DNA from: Candidatus Poseidoniaceae archaeon
GTDB lineage: Archaea; Thermoplasmatota; Poseidoniia; Poseidoniales; Poseidoniaceae
Direction of reading: 5' to 3'
Assembly (NCBI GenBank): GCA_022424925.1
Contig: JAKMGM010000113.1
Location: 1-39,942 of the forward strand
DNA: 39,942 nucleotides
In this document: piece by piece, positions 27,883-37,808 of the stretch
Layout of the letters: every line of letters begins with the position of its first letter
Position numbering within the stretch: position 1 is the first letter of the stretch
Position numbers and translations under genes: made by a program
The notes under the pieces: model-generated
Seen by the model: the letters and a program-made list of their open reading frames with translations, nothing else
Database searches by the model: none
Told to the model about the DNA's origin: nothing

Positions 27883-28719
27883 ATGCGAGTACGAGGCACT
27901 CTCCCAGTTCTCTTCACTTCGTTGCTCCTTTTTGCATCGCTCACAGGGTGCATTGGTTCAGAAGAAACCCCAGGTAAAAGCAGTGCAATCGACTTAATTG
28001 TGTATTATGATGCAACATCAGGCGTTATCGAAGAAAGCATCCAAAACGGTCAACAAGTTTCAGAGACTGGAGTTGAATTGGTGTTTGACTTCTCGTATAC
28101 GAAATCTTCTGAAGGTGCTATGGTGACGTTTTATTTCGTGCCGGGAGATGGTTCGAGTACGGTCGAAAACAACGCTGCTGAAGACGGTGAAGTAACCTAC
28201 ACCTATCTCACGCACGGCTTGTTTGATGCAGCAATGGGTGGAATCGACGACCAAGGCAACGACTATTTCGAAAACATCACCATACGGATCGACAAGAAAA
28301 TCACCTGGAGTGAAAGCAACACGCCAAATCCTACGGCGATGAACATTGAGACTACGCCCGATTGTTCGTGTCCCCCACCCGAGAAACTCGTTGTCGAATC
28401 GACGGTCGTGAACCCGGAAAACCCCCCGTCAAACCCATTCGCACAAGGCCAAACGGTCACGGTAACATGGCGGATGCTCAATTCCACTGATTCTACAACG
28501 GTTGAATCCGCACCGGAGCAAGTTGGAGACGGACAAGACGCATCTTGGATGCACAACCAATATTTCATCGAACCGGGAACATGGAAACTTGAGGTTGATG
28601 TATCAGCGGAAGGGAATGAAGACGAACGAGTGAATGTTGAACACACCGTTGACATTCTTTACGAATCGAACGAAAGTATCCCGAATCCCATGTCAACGCC
28701 TGAGCCCGAAGAGGAATGA
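27883..28719 (+). CDS. Acidic lipoprotein with PKD-like domain
   Basis: Lipobox LFASLTGC and FDFSYT..F.PGDG..TYTY..G.F PKD pattern. TTGATG 30 nt upstream. Confidence 0.75.
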   Translation: MRVRGTLPVLFTSLLLFASLTGCIGSEETPGKSSAIDLIVYYDATSGVIEESIQNGQQVSETGVELVFDFSYTKSSEGAMVTFYFVPGDGSSTVENNAAEDGEVTYTYLTHGLFDAAMGGIDDQGNDYFENITIRIDKKITWSESNTPNPTAMNIETTPDCSCPPPEKLVVESTVVNPENPPSNPFAQGQTVTVTWRMLNSTDSTTVESAPEQVGDGQDASWMHNQYFIEPGTWKLEVDVSAEGNEDERVNVEHTVDILYESNESIPNPMSTPEPEEE

Positions 28720-28723
28720 ATGC

Positions 28724-28762
28724 ATTCACTTTCCGTTTTGCAAAAAGTGAACTTAAAGTGAA
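28724..28762. promoter_or_regulatory. Three TTCACTTT elements upstream of radA
   Basis: TTCACTTT at 28725-28732 (+). AAAGTGAA at 28744-28751 and 28755-28762. Confidence 0.5.
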
Positions 28763-28888
28763 TTAAAACGCTTGAGTGTTCCGTTTACACTTCGTATCGA
28801 AGCCATAATTGAAGCCATTCTTTCTCGCGCCCTGCATCGGTCATTCATATACCGTTGGCGTTCGAGATGGGGTTGGAAGTGAACAGAA

Positions 28889-29926
28889 ATGGCGACCAAA
28901 TCAAAAAAGAAATCGAAAACCGAAGTTGAAAACAATGAAAGCCCTACGGAGGAGACACCCGTAGTGATGCCAACAGAAGAGGAAGTCCCCGAGCCGTTGA
29001 TCGAAGATCTTCCTGGCGTTGGACCAGCGACAGCTGAAAAACTACGTGAAGCTGGTTTCGATGACCTGCTGGCCCTTGCAGTCATGTCCCCGGGCGACCT
29101 TGCAGACCAAGCTGAACTTGGAGAAGCAGTAGCAACCAAGATTATCGGTGGAGCAAAAAAGATGGCAAACATTGGTGGCTTCGTATCTGGTGGTGCCCTT
29201 CTTGATCGACGCCGAGAAGTTCTCAAACTCACGTCGAAAGTCGAATCCATCGACGACCTCCTTGGCGGCGGTTTTGAAACCCAGGCTCTGGTCGAAGTTT
29301 ACGGCGCATTCGGTAGCGGGAAAACTCAAATTGGCCACCAACTGGCTGTAAACTGTACGCTACCTTTGTCAGAAGGCGGATTTGATGGCGATGTCTTTTA
29401 CATCGATACGGAAGATACCTTCCGTCCTGAGCGGATCACGCAAATGGCTCGTGGACACGGCCTTGACCCTGAACAAGTGTTGAGCCGGATACATGTTGCT
29501 CGAGCGTACAACTCTGCTCACCAAATGCTTCTGGTTGATGAAATCAAAAGAATGAGCAAAGGGCTCAATGTCAAGATGATTATCGTCGATTCACTCACCA
29601 GCCATTTCCGCGCCGAATTTATCGGCCGTGGTATGCTTGCAAACCGTCAACAGAAACTCAACCGCCACCTGAAGGATTTGAAGCAGCTTGCTGATGTCAA
29701 CAATGCACTTGTTCTTGTCACCAACCAAGTTCATTCGAAGCCCGATGCAATGTGGGGCGACCCAACCAAGCCGGTCGGTGGACACGTTCTTGCTCACGCT
29801 TCGACCTTCCGATTGTACCTGCGCAAGGCCAAAGGCGGTCGCAGAATTGCTCGCTTAGTCGACTCTCCAAACCTACCTGATGGTGAATGTGTTTACCAGG
29901 TCACTCAAGAAGGTCTACGCGACTGA
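28889..29926 (+). CDS. radA: DNA repair and recombination protein RadA
   Basis: N-terminal Hh[38 protein letters not shown] and RIARLVDSP. No intein. Confidence 0.98.
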   Translation: MATKSKKKSKTEVENNESPTEETPVVMPTEEEVPEPLIEDLPGVGPATAEKLREAGFDDLLALAVMSPGDLADQAELGEAVATKIIGGAKKMANIGGFVSGGALLDRRREVLKLTSKVESIDDLLGGGFETQALVEVYGAFGSGKTQIGHQLAVNCTLPLSEGGFDGDVFYIDTEDTFRPERITQMARGHGLDPEQVLSRIHVARAYNSAHQMLLVDEIKRMSKGLNVKMIIVDSLTSHFRAEFIGRGMLANRQQKLNRHLKDLKQLADVNNALVLVTNQVHSKPDAMWGDPTKPVGGHVLAHASTFRLYLRKAKGGRRIARLVDSPNLPDGECVYQVTQEGLRD

Positions 29927-30004
29927 TGGTGAATGAATACACCCGGTAAAAACGCTGTATTGGCGGTTTGAAGCGGCGGCACATTCAAGCGTGCTCGGGT
30001 TAGC

Positions 30005-31144
30005 ATGACGCCTATGCGACACTTGATCGATAGAGTATTGGAACTCGCTGAATCAGAAACGGCAACGCCAGTAACAGCAACCCCGCCTATGGGTGAAGGT
30101 AGCGAGGTGGAACTGAAGGCTCTTCTCGAATCTTTGCAACCTCGGATACGTGTATTCGGTGTTGGCGGTGCTGGATGTAACGCCATTGGTCGATTGCACG
30201 CCGAAGGTTTGTTTGAAAATTCGTATGTCACTGGCTACGCTATCAATACCGATGCACAAGCACTCCTGATGTCGCCGATTGAAGAGAAAGTCTTGATCGG
30301 ACGAACCGCTCGAGGAAGGGGTGCGGGCGGGGACCCAACCAAAGGAGAGGCTGCTGCTCTTGAATCGGAACTCGCTCTTCGCCGAATTACCAACGACACG
30401 CAACTTGCCATTATCACTGCCGGAATGGGCGGTGGCTCGGGTACCGGTGCTGCCGGGCAAATAGCCCGTCTCGCAAAACAGCAGGGTGCAATGACCATTG
30501 CGGTCGTTACGTACCCGTTCCAGTCAGAGGGTGCCCTTCGAAAGCAAAATGCAGAATGGGGCCTTGAACGACTCCGAGAACATTGTGACACCATTTTGGT
30601 CATTCCGAATGAGCGACTCCTTGAGATTGAAGGCGTAAAAGACCTACCGATAACCAGTGCTTTCCGGGTTGGTGATGAATTGTTGGTTCGTTCGATTACG
30701 GGCGTGGCCGAATTGTTAACAATCGATGGCATGGTGAATCTTGACTTTGAGGATTTGCGCTCAGTCATCAATTTTGGTAGCGGTGTAGCGATGATTGGTT
30801 TAGGCTCTGCATCTGGGCCTGGCCGGGCTGAAGCAGCAACCCTTGAAGCCCTCCATTCCCCGCTGCTGGACATCGATGCTAGCGATGCTCGCGGCGCACT
30901 CATCAACGTTGTTGGTGGCGAAAGTTTGACGTTGGGTGAAGCCGAACAATGCGCTAAAATCATCAAAGAGCGTATCTCACCGCATGCTCAAATTATCTGG
31001 GGTGCAGCAGTCAAGGAAGAACTCGTCGACGAATTGCGTGTTATGCTGGTGCTCACTGGCGTAAAGAGCGAACAGATTCATGGCGCAAGTGAAAACCGTC
31101 AACTTCGAGCACTTCGAAATCAGCAGATTGAATTCGTCAACTGA
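30005..31144 (+). CDS. ftsZ: Cell division protein FtsZ
   Basis: GVGGAGCNA, INTDAQAL, GAGGDP, GMGGGSGTG, NLDFED and IIWGA. Confidence 0.93.
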   Translation: MTPMRHLIDRVLELAESETATPVTATPPMGEGSEVELKALLESLQPRIRVFGVGGAGCNAIGRLHAEGLFENSYVTGYAINTDAQALLMSPIEEKVLIGRTARGRGAGGDPTKGEAAALESELALRRITNDTQLAIITAGMGGGSGTGAAGQIARLAKQQGAMTIAVVTYPFQSEGALRKQNAEWGLERLREHCDTILVIPNERLLEIEGVKDLPITSAFRVGDELLVRSITGVAELLTIDGMVNLDFEDLRSVINFGSGVAMIGLGSASGPGRAEAATLEALHSPLLDIDASDARGALINVVGGESLTLGEAEQCAKIIKERISPHAQIIWGAAVKEELVDELRVMLVLTGVKSEQIHGASENRQLRALRNQQIEFVN

Positions 31145-31762
31145 TTATTTCAGGGCGTAGTACAGGAAGATAACCAAGACAATCAGCCCTCCGTAGAGGA
31201 TTGTGTATTGGGAACTGTTGAGTTGTTCAGCTGGATCAATAGTTTCGACAGGACCCTCGTATTGGGTTCCGGGTACGGTATAACCGATTGCATTCCACAT
31301 GTCCCCATCGGAATGCCCGTTACCGTTGACAACGTTTGCATACAGAATAAAATCTACCGTTGTGGTGTTGTCACTCGGTGCTTTCCATGTGATGTTCCAA
31401 TGTCGATACTGATTACCTTCTTCGGTATGTGTCCAACCCTCATCCAGATACTGTATCCTTGTTTCATTTGCTGGTATTACGGTACCTTTGCTGGCAAGAA
31501 TACGAAAACCAGCTTGAACTTCACCTTCGTTGTATTCCTTATCGCTCCCCGCTACCAGCGTGAAGTTGTAGGAAACATTCTCTTCGAATGCATCCGGCAG
31601 TCCGATTATCGTAGGTTGCGTGGCGTTGGAAAAGCCACCATGGCAAGTACAACCGTTGTCTCCCAAACTGCCAATGCCCGTCGGAAAACTTTGGATTGTA
31701 TGTGTGCCAAATGTTGTCACGACCAGTAGACAAAGAAAAACTGAAAGCCCGTTGAATCTCAT
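31145..31762 (-). CDS. Reeler-like (choice-of-anchor V) secreted protein with C-terminal TM
   Basis: Signal peptide, GCTCH, AGF, WNITWKAP and N.VNGNG..GD. Confidence 0.75.
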   Translation of the reverse strand: MRFNGLSVFLCLLVVTTFGTHTIQSFPTGIGSLGDNGCTCHGGFSNATQPTIIGLPDAFEENVSYNFTLVAGSDKEYNEGEVQAGFRILASKGTVIPANETRIQYLDEGWTHTEEGNQYRHWNITWKAPSDNTTTVDFILYANVVNGNGHSDGDMWNAIGYTVPGTQYEGPVETIDPAEQLNSSQYTILYGGLIVLVIFLYYALK

Positions 31763-31893
31763 TGAACTTCGCTTTACTGGAAGTCAGGGGCTCATTTGAC
31801 TCTTTCCGAAGATTTGTCTTTCTCCGATGATAATGTATCGGTTCTGTGTGTGCGATATTCTTCACGTGACGAAAACATTCTTTCTTGTAGTAG

Positions 31894-32604
31894 ATGGTCA
31901 ATGTTTTCGCTGGAAGTGTAGTGATGGGACCATGGGATACGACGACAGTGCAAGATGAAAACGCAGAAGAGGAGATTGACATGTTTGCCGTTCTCGGTGC
32001 TGCTCCTCCGAGCCAGCATGCTCCAAATGCAATCCATCAACAGCCACCACTTTCCGCTAACCACGATCCTCTTGCAGCATTCATGGAAGATGATGAGGAG
32101 GAAACACTCATCGCTGACTCAATGTTTGGACGTGATGAAGAACCAGCAGGAATCTCCGTTCAGAAGTCTGAGGCCGAATCACAGCCCCTCCAACAAACAC
32201 CATCTGCACCAGCCGTACAGCCAACCCTTTCAAATGAAGTAATTACCGAATTGCTTGAAGTGCTTGTTAAGAAAGAACTCCATGCCCGTGCTGAGCGAGG
32301 TGAGGACTGGTTGTCGGACCTACCAGCTCAAGCCCGCGCTGAGATTGAATCTGCAAAAGTCATCAAAGAACAGGAGGCATACCACCTTTCGCTCATTATC
32401 GATATGGTCGGAACTGGACAAGTTCGTCCATTTGCAACCGTTTTGTCTACAGGTGATGGACCCCTTCCAGTAAATCCGCCGTCACATCTTGGCAAGTCGT
32501 GGTACCCATTGTACAATGCACTGCGTGAACTTTTGTTACAGGCAATGTCGTCTCTCTCACACATCAATGTCGTGAGTGGAAAATCAGCCTCTCAAACATC
32601 ATGA
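31894..32604 (+). CDS. Hypothetical protein (acidic disordered N-terminus, helical C-terminal domain)
   Basis: Longest ORF in the gap with protein-like composition. Start is uncertain. Confidence 0.65.
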   Translation: MVNVFAGSVVMGPWDTTTVQDENAEEEIDMFAVLGAAPPSQHAPNAIHQQPPLSANHDPLAAFMEDDEEETLIADSMFGRDEEPAGISVQKSEAESQPLQQTPSAPAVQPTLSNEVITELLEVLVKKELHARAERGEDWLSDLPAQARAEIESAKVIKEQEAYHLSLIIDMVGTGQVRPFATVLSTGDGPLPVNPPSHLGKSWYPLYNALRELLLQAMSSLSHINVVSGKSASQTS

Positions 32605-32975
32605 AGAACAATCGTTGAGGAGATGTCCACTTCAGTTAGCATGTTTGACACACTGCAATACTTTTCATGGCTCTTCTCAACGATTCTTTCGACCAACTTG
32701 AGCGGGACATCTCCCTTCACGTGGTACGTGAGTTGTATCGTCTTGAAAACGCGGGGCGATTGCTCTGCTCGTGAACTGTCGATGTCGACCCAGACTTCGC
32801 TAAAACTTCTGTCTTTGAGACCTGTAATGACGTCAACTACGGAACAGGCAGCAACCATCTGAAGGGTTACCTGCATTGGTGAGGGGCCGTCTTCCCAGTC
32901 AAGTTGTAGACTTTGTTGATTTGAATTTGTGCATTGAAGACCGTTTGCACCGGTCCATTCGACTCGCCCCTGCAT
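32592..32975 (-). CDS. OsmC/YhfA family protein
   Basis: GPSPMQ..AACS..D and SHEKYCSVS. TTCAAG 29 nt upstream. Confidence 0.9.
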   Translation of the reverse strand: MQGRVEWTGANGLQCTNSNQQSLQLDWEDGPSPMQVTLQMVAACSVVDVITGLKDRSFSEVWVDIDSSRAEQSPRVFKTIQLTYHVKGDVPLKLVERIVEKSHEKYCSVSNMLTEVDISSTIVLHDV

Positions 32976-33033
32976 GGAGGTCCGTGGGGCGGTTCATTCT
33001 TGAAGGGGATGCATGTGGGTCGGTGTGATTGAC

Positions 33034-34260
33034 ATGACAGGTACGCCGGTTACGATGAAAGACGGAAAACTCGAAGTTCCAGACGATCCGATTATCCACT
33101 ACATCGAGGGTGACGGAATTGGTATCGATATCACTCCAGTAATGATGAAAGTCGTTGATGCAGCAGTCGAACACGCTTACGGCGGTAAGAAAGGCATCGT
33201 TTGGTCTGAAGTTCTCGCCGGAGAGAAAGCGTTCAATGCAACCGGAGAGTGGTTACCTCAAGCCACTCTCGACGCCATGCGAACTGGACTTGTCTCAATC
33301 AAAGGCCCGCTCACGACACCTGTTGGTGGTGGGATTCGCTCGCTGAACGTGGCACTGCGTCAAAAACTCGACCTGTATGCATGTGTTCGACCCGTTCGCT
33401 GGTATGACGGTACCCCTTCGCCGGTAAAAACTCCGGGAGATGTGGACATGGTTATTTTCCGAGAGAACAGTGAGGATGTCTACGCTGGAATCGAATGGGA
33501 AGCGGGCAGCGACGGTGTCAAGAAACTCATCGATTTCTTACAGAACGAGATGGGTGTCGACAAGATTCGATTCCCCGACACTTCGGGAATCGGAATTAAA
33601 CCAATTTCACAAGAAGGAACTGCACGTATTGTTCGTGCCGCATACCAATACGCAATTGATAACGACAAAGAAAGCGTTACACTTGTTCACAAAGGGAACA
33701 TCATGAAGTTCACCGAAGGAGGATTTCGAGATTGGGGCTACGCCCTGGCCAAGGAAGAATTTGGTGCCGTAGAACTCGATGGTGGACCTTGGTGCACCTT
33801 TGAAAATCCAAACACAGGCAAGACCATACTGGTCAAGGATGTGATTGCTGATGCCATGCTTCAACAAATCATCACCCGTCCAGCCGAATATTCGGTATTG
33901 ACGACGATGAACCTTAATGGCGATTATATCTCAGACGCATTGGCGGCACAAGTAGGTGGTATTGGAATAGCACCAGGCGCCAACATCAATTACGATACCG
34001 GTATTTCGATTTTCGAGGCTACGCACGGAACCGCACCCAAATACACGGGACAAGACAAGGTCAACCCAGGTTCAATGATTCTCTCTGCAGAGATGATGCT
34101 ACGGCACATGGGCTGGGCAGAGGCTGCAGACCTCATTGTCAAAGGCATGGAAGGAGCAATTTCGGCCAAGACCGTAACCTACGACTTTGAGCGTTTGATG
34201 GATGATGCAACGTTGCTCTCGTGCAGTGCCTTTGGCGATGCAATGATTCATCACATGTGA
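33034..34260 (+). CDS. icd: NADP-dependent isocitrate dehydrogenase
   Basis: [47 protein letters not shown] and VTYDFER. Confidence 0.97.
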   Translation: MTGTPVTMKDGKLEVPDDPIIHYIEGDGIGIDITPVMMKVVDAAVEHAYGGKKGIVWSEVLAGEKAFNATGEWLPQATLDAMRTGLVSIKGPLTTPVGGGIRSLNVALRQKLDLYACVRPVRWYDGTPSPVKTPGDVDMVIFRENSEDVYAGIEWEAGSDGVKKLIDFLQNEMGVDKIRFPDTSGIGIKPISQEGTARIVRAAYQYAIDNDKESVTLVHKGNIMKFTEGGFRDWGYALAKEEFGAVELDGGPWCTFENPNTGKTILVKDVIADAMLQQIITRPAEYSVLTTMNLNGDYISDALAAQVGGIGIAPGANINYDTGISIFEATHGTAPKYTGQDKVNPGSMILSAEMMLRHMGWAEAADLIVKGMEGAISAKTVTYDFERLMDDATLLSCSAFGDAMIHHM

Positions 34261-34263
34261 AGC

Positions 34264-37200
34264 TCACTTGAGCCATGCGTTGAGTGAACGGCTGTTTTTG
34301 GCGATTCCAAAACCAAACTGTTCTTCAAATGCACGTGCGACAAGCGTGAAATCACCGTCTCTGGTTGCGACTAAAACCGTTCCGAGGTCTTGGAGGGATT
34401 GGGTTGCAAGTTGAGAAGCAATTTGCATTATGGTTCGGTCCGGTGCCTCTGGGTATACATCCAGGTTGTTCAGAACCGTTCGGGCAGGTTCGCCTCGAGT
34501 ACGCTTCATTGCAGTGATTTCCTCATAGATTTCAGTCGAATCAAGGAGGAACTGATCAATCGCTTCCTTGTTTTCAGGTGATTCGGCTTCTTTTTCCAAA
34601 TCGAGGTTAAGTGGCCGCCAGGTGTTGTAATCCTTCACGACTCCATCAACCAATTGATTCAGAGTTTTTGCACTGAAAATACTGTCGAGCAGTTCAGGCG
34701 ATACGAGGAAGTCATCAAAGCGGGATTTGAGTTTTTGAATTCCTGAAGCAATTCCACGTAATTCTTTTTCAACAATACTCGGTAACCACAGATGCAATTT
34801 CTTTTCTTTTGATTTACTGAGCAGGATTTTGTGGAAACTACCTTGTCCGCGCACATCCAAACTCGCTTCACTGACCAATTCCAATTTCTCGGCAATTCGG
34901 TCGGTAAGTGCGTCGACCAAAATATTGGTATCAACGATGACCAGTGGTGCGAGTGAGAGATTCCGGAGGTATCGACGCGATGCGTTCGGGATGTTTGCTT
35001 TGTTGACTGAGAACAGCGATTTTTCCGCTTGTTGAAGGCTACGGATTTCAGTATCGTTGAACAGAGGACTGTTTTGAGCGCGTTCAAGGAACATGAGTCC
35101 GTCAACTGCTCGAACCTTCGCAGCCTCACTCGCGAGTGTGTACACTTCATCGGTCGAGGGAGAGCCGCTTTGCATCAACTGGTTGAACCGCATGTCAAAT
35201 GTGTTCTTTTGCCGACGGCGGTTCTTGTGGAGTGAATTGGTTGCTGCAGTGACCCGTCCACAGAAGGGGTCGGTGGGGAGTGGTCGCGGGTGTTCCAACG
35301 GGTAGGTTTTGAGCATGTCGAGATCATCTTCTGCGTGGTAGACTCGCATCACCTCAACCATTTCGCCATCTTCGTTTTCTTCAGTGACCATGCGGGTTCG
35401 TTTCACGAAATCTTTGAGCATTTTGGTCGCCGAGTTGGTGTCTTTGGTGCGAGCCGTAAACGAAACACGCAGATAGAGTTGGAAGCGGTGCGTGATTGCA
35501 CTCTTGAGGGCAGGTTGTGCATCAAGTAACTCGACGGCTTCTCGCCATTGTTCTGCAAATGCCAAGTGAATCAGGGCTTTACGGTAGAGCGTTAGCGAGT
35601 GTTCGTAATCGAACTCTTCATGGTCGCCAGCCTTTCGGTAATCTCTAGCAGCGTTCAATTCTTCGCCTTGAGATGCATAGACTGCTGCCCTCGCCAAGGT
35701 ATGCCAAGGTGAAAGAGCGTCATTGTTCTGGTACCATCGGACCAATGAAGGCAGGCCGATATCGTGCTCCAGAACCAAATGTCGAACACTGTGGATCATC
35801 CCTGTGGGAACTGAGGAATTGCTCAGCAATGTATTGAGCGTATCGATGTTCTCCGGGTCAGCATTTCCGTGCTGCAGCATCAGGCCAACATAATTGAGGC
35901 GCAGTGTTGCTATTACGGCGTTGAACAGCACCCGTTCCATCACTGTAAGTTCTGCCGATGCGACACTTTCCTCAAGGTTTGCAAGATGCGTCGAGGAGGC
36001 AATGCCGCTGCCACCGTCTCGTAATGCTTGGCGAATAGGGCTGAATGCGCGCAAGCCTTGGCGGTCGAGAACAGAAGTGAGACGCTCGTCAACGATGTTT
36101 TCGCCTTCGAACAGCATCAGCAATGCTTCAGAGGTCGAGGAGAAGGATTCGGGTGCATCGACGCTGTGAATTTCAGACAGCGCAGTTCGTCGGGCTTTGC
36201 GTACTTGTGACCATAGTTCGTAATCACTCCCAGCATCGAGGAGGTGAGAAACAAGAAGTGTCTCGTAGGGATGTGACATTGAAATGAGTTCGTCTGAGGT
36301 AATAATTTTGGCCAACAAGGGTAGTTCCATACTTTGTGTGTGGATATCGATGAGGAGGGGTAAAACGGATTCGCGCTCTTCAGTTGCTCCGGGGTTGAGG
36401 TTGCGAGCAGCAGCAGCACGGATTTCAAGCGATAGGGAGTCCATTTGAATCAAGGCGACTAAGGCTCCGTCATCCAGTGCGGGGATTTGTTCAAGCAACC
36501 ATAGATCCAACTCGTCGTTCGTAAGTGACGCAAGCAAGGGTGCAATTCGAGAAAGTTCAGTGTTATGGTCTAGCTTTAGACTGGTGAGCAGTCTCACCGT
36601 TTCCTCTTCGTTACCTTCACTGTGAAGTGCATTCAATCTCCACCACATGACCTTTTCAATTTGAGCAGCGTTGGTCGTGTTCTCACGCAGGAGTTCTAGA
36701 CCTTCTGTCAATTGTTTTGAGGTTAATGTTGAAGCTTCATCTGGTGCATGTTCCCACGCCAGCAATTGACGTGCAGCAGCAAGTGAATGCTCACCTTCTG
36801 CCGTTCGCGACGCTTCCCAATCGGTGACTTTTCCTTGGGTGAGTGCGTGGTAATCACTCAACTGCTCGGCGAGTTTTTCATCGACAGATTCGAGTGTTTT
36901 CAAGGAGGCAGACGGGTCTTGTCCAGATGCCAACGACAGCAAGACGCTCAACGCTGAAGCGTGTTTTTTCATTTTCAAAAGTACCTCAGCGGGTTGGATT
37001 TGCCGTCCTGCTGCCAGTTGGGACGAAACAGTGCGCAAAGCGACTTGTGATTCAGCATCGATAACGGATGGAGAAATAGAGTCAATAGCGAGAATCAATT
37101 CTTCAGCATTTGATGGATTGATGAAGGCTGAATCGAGTTTCACTTTCTTGCCCGTTTTTGCTTTGGATACTTTGGCTTTCGGAAAAGCAGCAAATTGACC

Positions 37201-37665
37201 AAGAAGTGCGGTTCGTTGCGCTAAATCCTGCCATACCGGATGAACTCCCTTTTCCAAGCATGTTTCACGGAGTGACGTTTCTGTTGTTTCCCATTCTTCT
37301 TCCCAATCGTCTTTGTTGAGTAATTTGTGAACCATCAAAACCGCCAGTCGGAACGCCGGCGAATTGTCAGATGGTATGAGCATCTCTTGAGGCGAAGGCA
37401 AGAGATCCATAGGGCCAGTTGCACCTCTGCCACCTCTGCGACTTCGTCCACGTCCGCCTGCTTGTCGACGTCGAGGCGCGGTATCTTCGTCATCATCTGC
37501 AGCAGGTAGTTCAGTTTCAGCCAAAGCCAGTAACAGCAAAGGTCGCCACGGCTTTTCCATCAATTGCCAGTCAGGTGTCTTCACGACAATCGCTTGACGG
37601 CGAGCCTTCGTAACGTTCGACTTGAACGCCACTTCGAGGCAGTTTGCGATGTATGTCTCTTGCAA
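34264..37665 (-). CDS. Large alpha-helical/TPR protein with C-terminal PIN nuclease domain
   Basis: VIVDTNIL, IVEKEL, PDRTI and VATRDGDF acidic tetrad, TPR-like repeats and an N-terminal RGG tract. TTG start after a G-rich SD. Confidence 0.85.
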   Translation of the reverse strand: MQETYIANCLEVAFKSNVTKARRQAIVVKTPDWQLMEKPWRPLLLLALAETELPAADDDEDTAPRRRQAGGRGRSRRGGRGATGPMDLLPSPQEMLIPSDNSPAFRLAVLMVHKLLNKDDWEEEWETTETSLRETCLEKGVHPVWQDLAQRTALLGQFAAFPKAKVSKAKTGKKVKLDSAFINPSNAEELILAIDSISPSVIDAESQVALRTVSSQLAAGRQIQPAEVLLKMKKHASALSVLLSLASGQDPSASLKTLESVDEKLAEQLSDYHALTQGKVTDWEASRTAEGEHSLAAARQLLAWEHAPDEASTLTSKQLTEGLELLRENTTNAAQIEKVMWWRLNALHSEGNEEETVRLLTSLKLDHNTELSRIAPLLASLTNDELDLWLLEQIPALDDGALVALIQMDSLSLEIRAAAARNLNPGATEERESVLPLLIDIHTQSMELPLLAKIITSDELISMSHPYETLLVSHLLDAGSDYELWSQVRKARRTALSEIHSVDAPESFSSTSEALLMLFEGENIVDERLTSVLDRQGLRAFSPIRQALRDGGSGIASSTHLANLEESVASAELTVMERVLFNAVIATLRLNYVGLMLQHGNADPENIDTLNTLLSNSSVPTGMIHSVRHLVLEHDIGLPSLVRWYQNNDALSPWHTLARAAVYASQGEELNAARDYRKAGDHEEFDYEHSLTLYRKALIHLAFAEQWREAVELLDAQPALKSAITHRFQLYLRVSFTARTKDTNSATKMLKDFVKRTRMVTEENEDGEMVEVMRVYHAEDDLDMLKTYPLEHPRPLPTDPFCGRVTAATNSLHKNRRRQKNTFDMRFNQLMQSGSPSTDEVYTLASEAAKVRAVDGLMFLERAQNSPLFNDTEIRSLQQAEKSLFSVNKANIPNASRRYLRNLSLAPLVIVDTNILVDALTDRIAEKLELVSEASLDVRGQGSFHKILLSKSKEKKLHLWLPSIVEKELRGIASGIQKLKSRFDDFLVSPELLDSIFSAKTLNQLVDGVVKDYNTWRPLNLDLEKEAESPENKEAIDQFLLDSTEIYEEITAMKRTRGEPARTVLNNLDVYPEAPDRTIMQIASQLATQSLQDLGTVLVATRDGDFTLVARAFEEQFGFGIAKNSRSLNAWLK

Positions 37666-37808
37666 AACAGCCCCCCCTACCCCTTTGCCTCAACCTATCC
37701 TCCTTCAATCCACCGGAACAGCCTTCATGGATTCAAATCAACGGTTGATGATAAATTGTCTGCGAACATCAATGAACAAAGACAACTTGCACGCGACGAG
37801 GCAGTTCA

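Noticed and set aside
30235-30966. 243-aa antisense ORF within ftsZ (and similar ones at 7355-7846, 28753-29250, 31208-31729)
   Set aside because: Ser/Ala/Pro-rich or motif-less shadow frames of well-supported genes.
34264-34950. VapBC toxin-antitoxin pair
   Set aside because: The PIN domain is fused in frame to a 900-aa scaffold and there is no small upstream antitoxin gene.
37138-37148. TTTCACTTTCT match to the radA upstream motif
   Set aside because: Lies deep inside the PIN gene and encodes KKVK on the minus strand, so it is probably chance.
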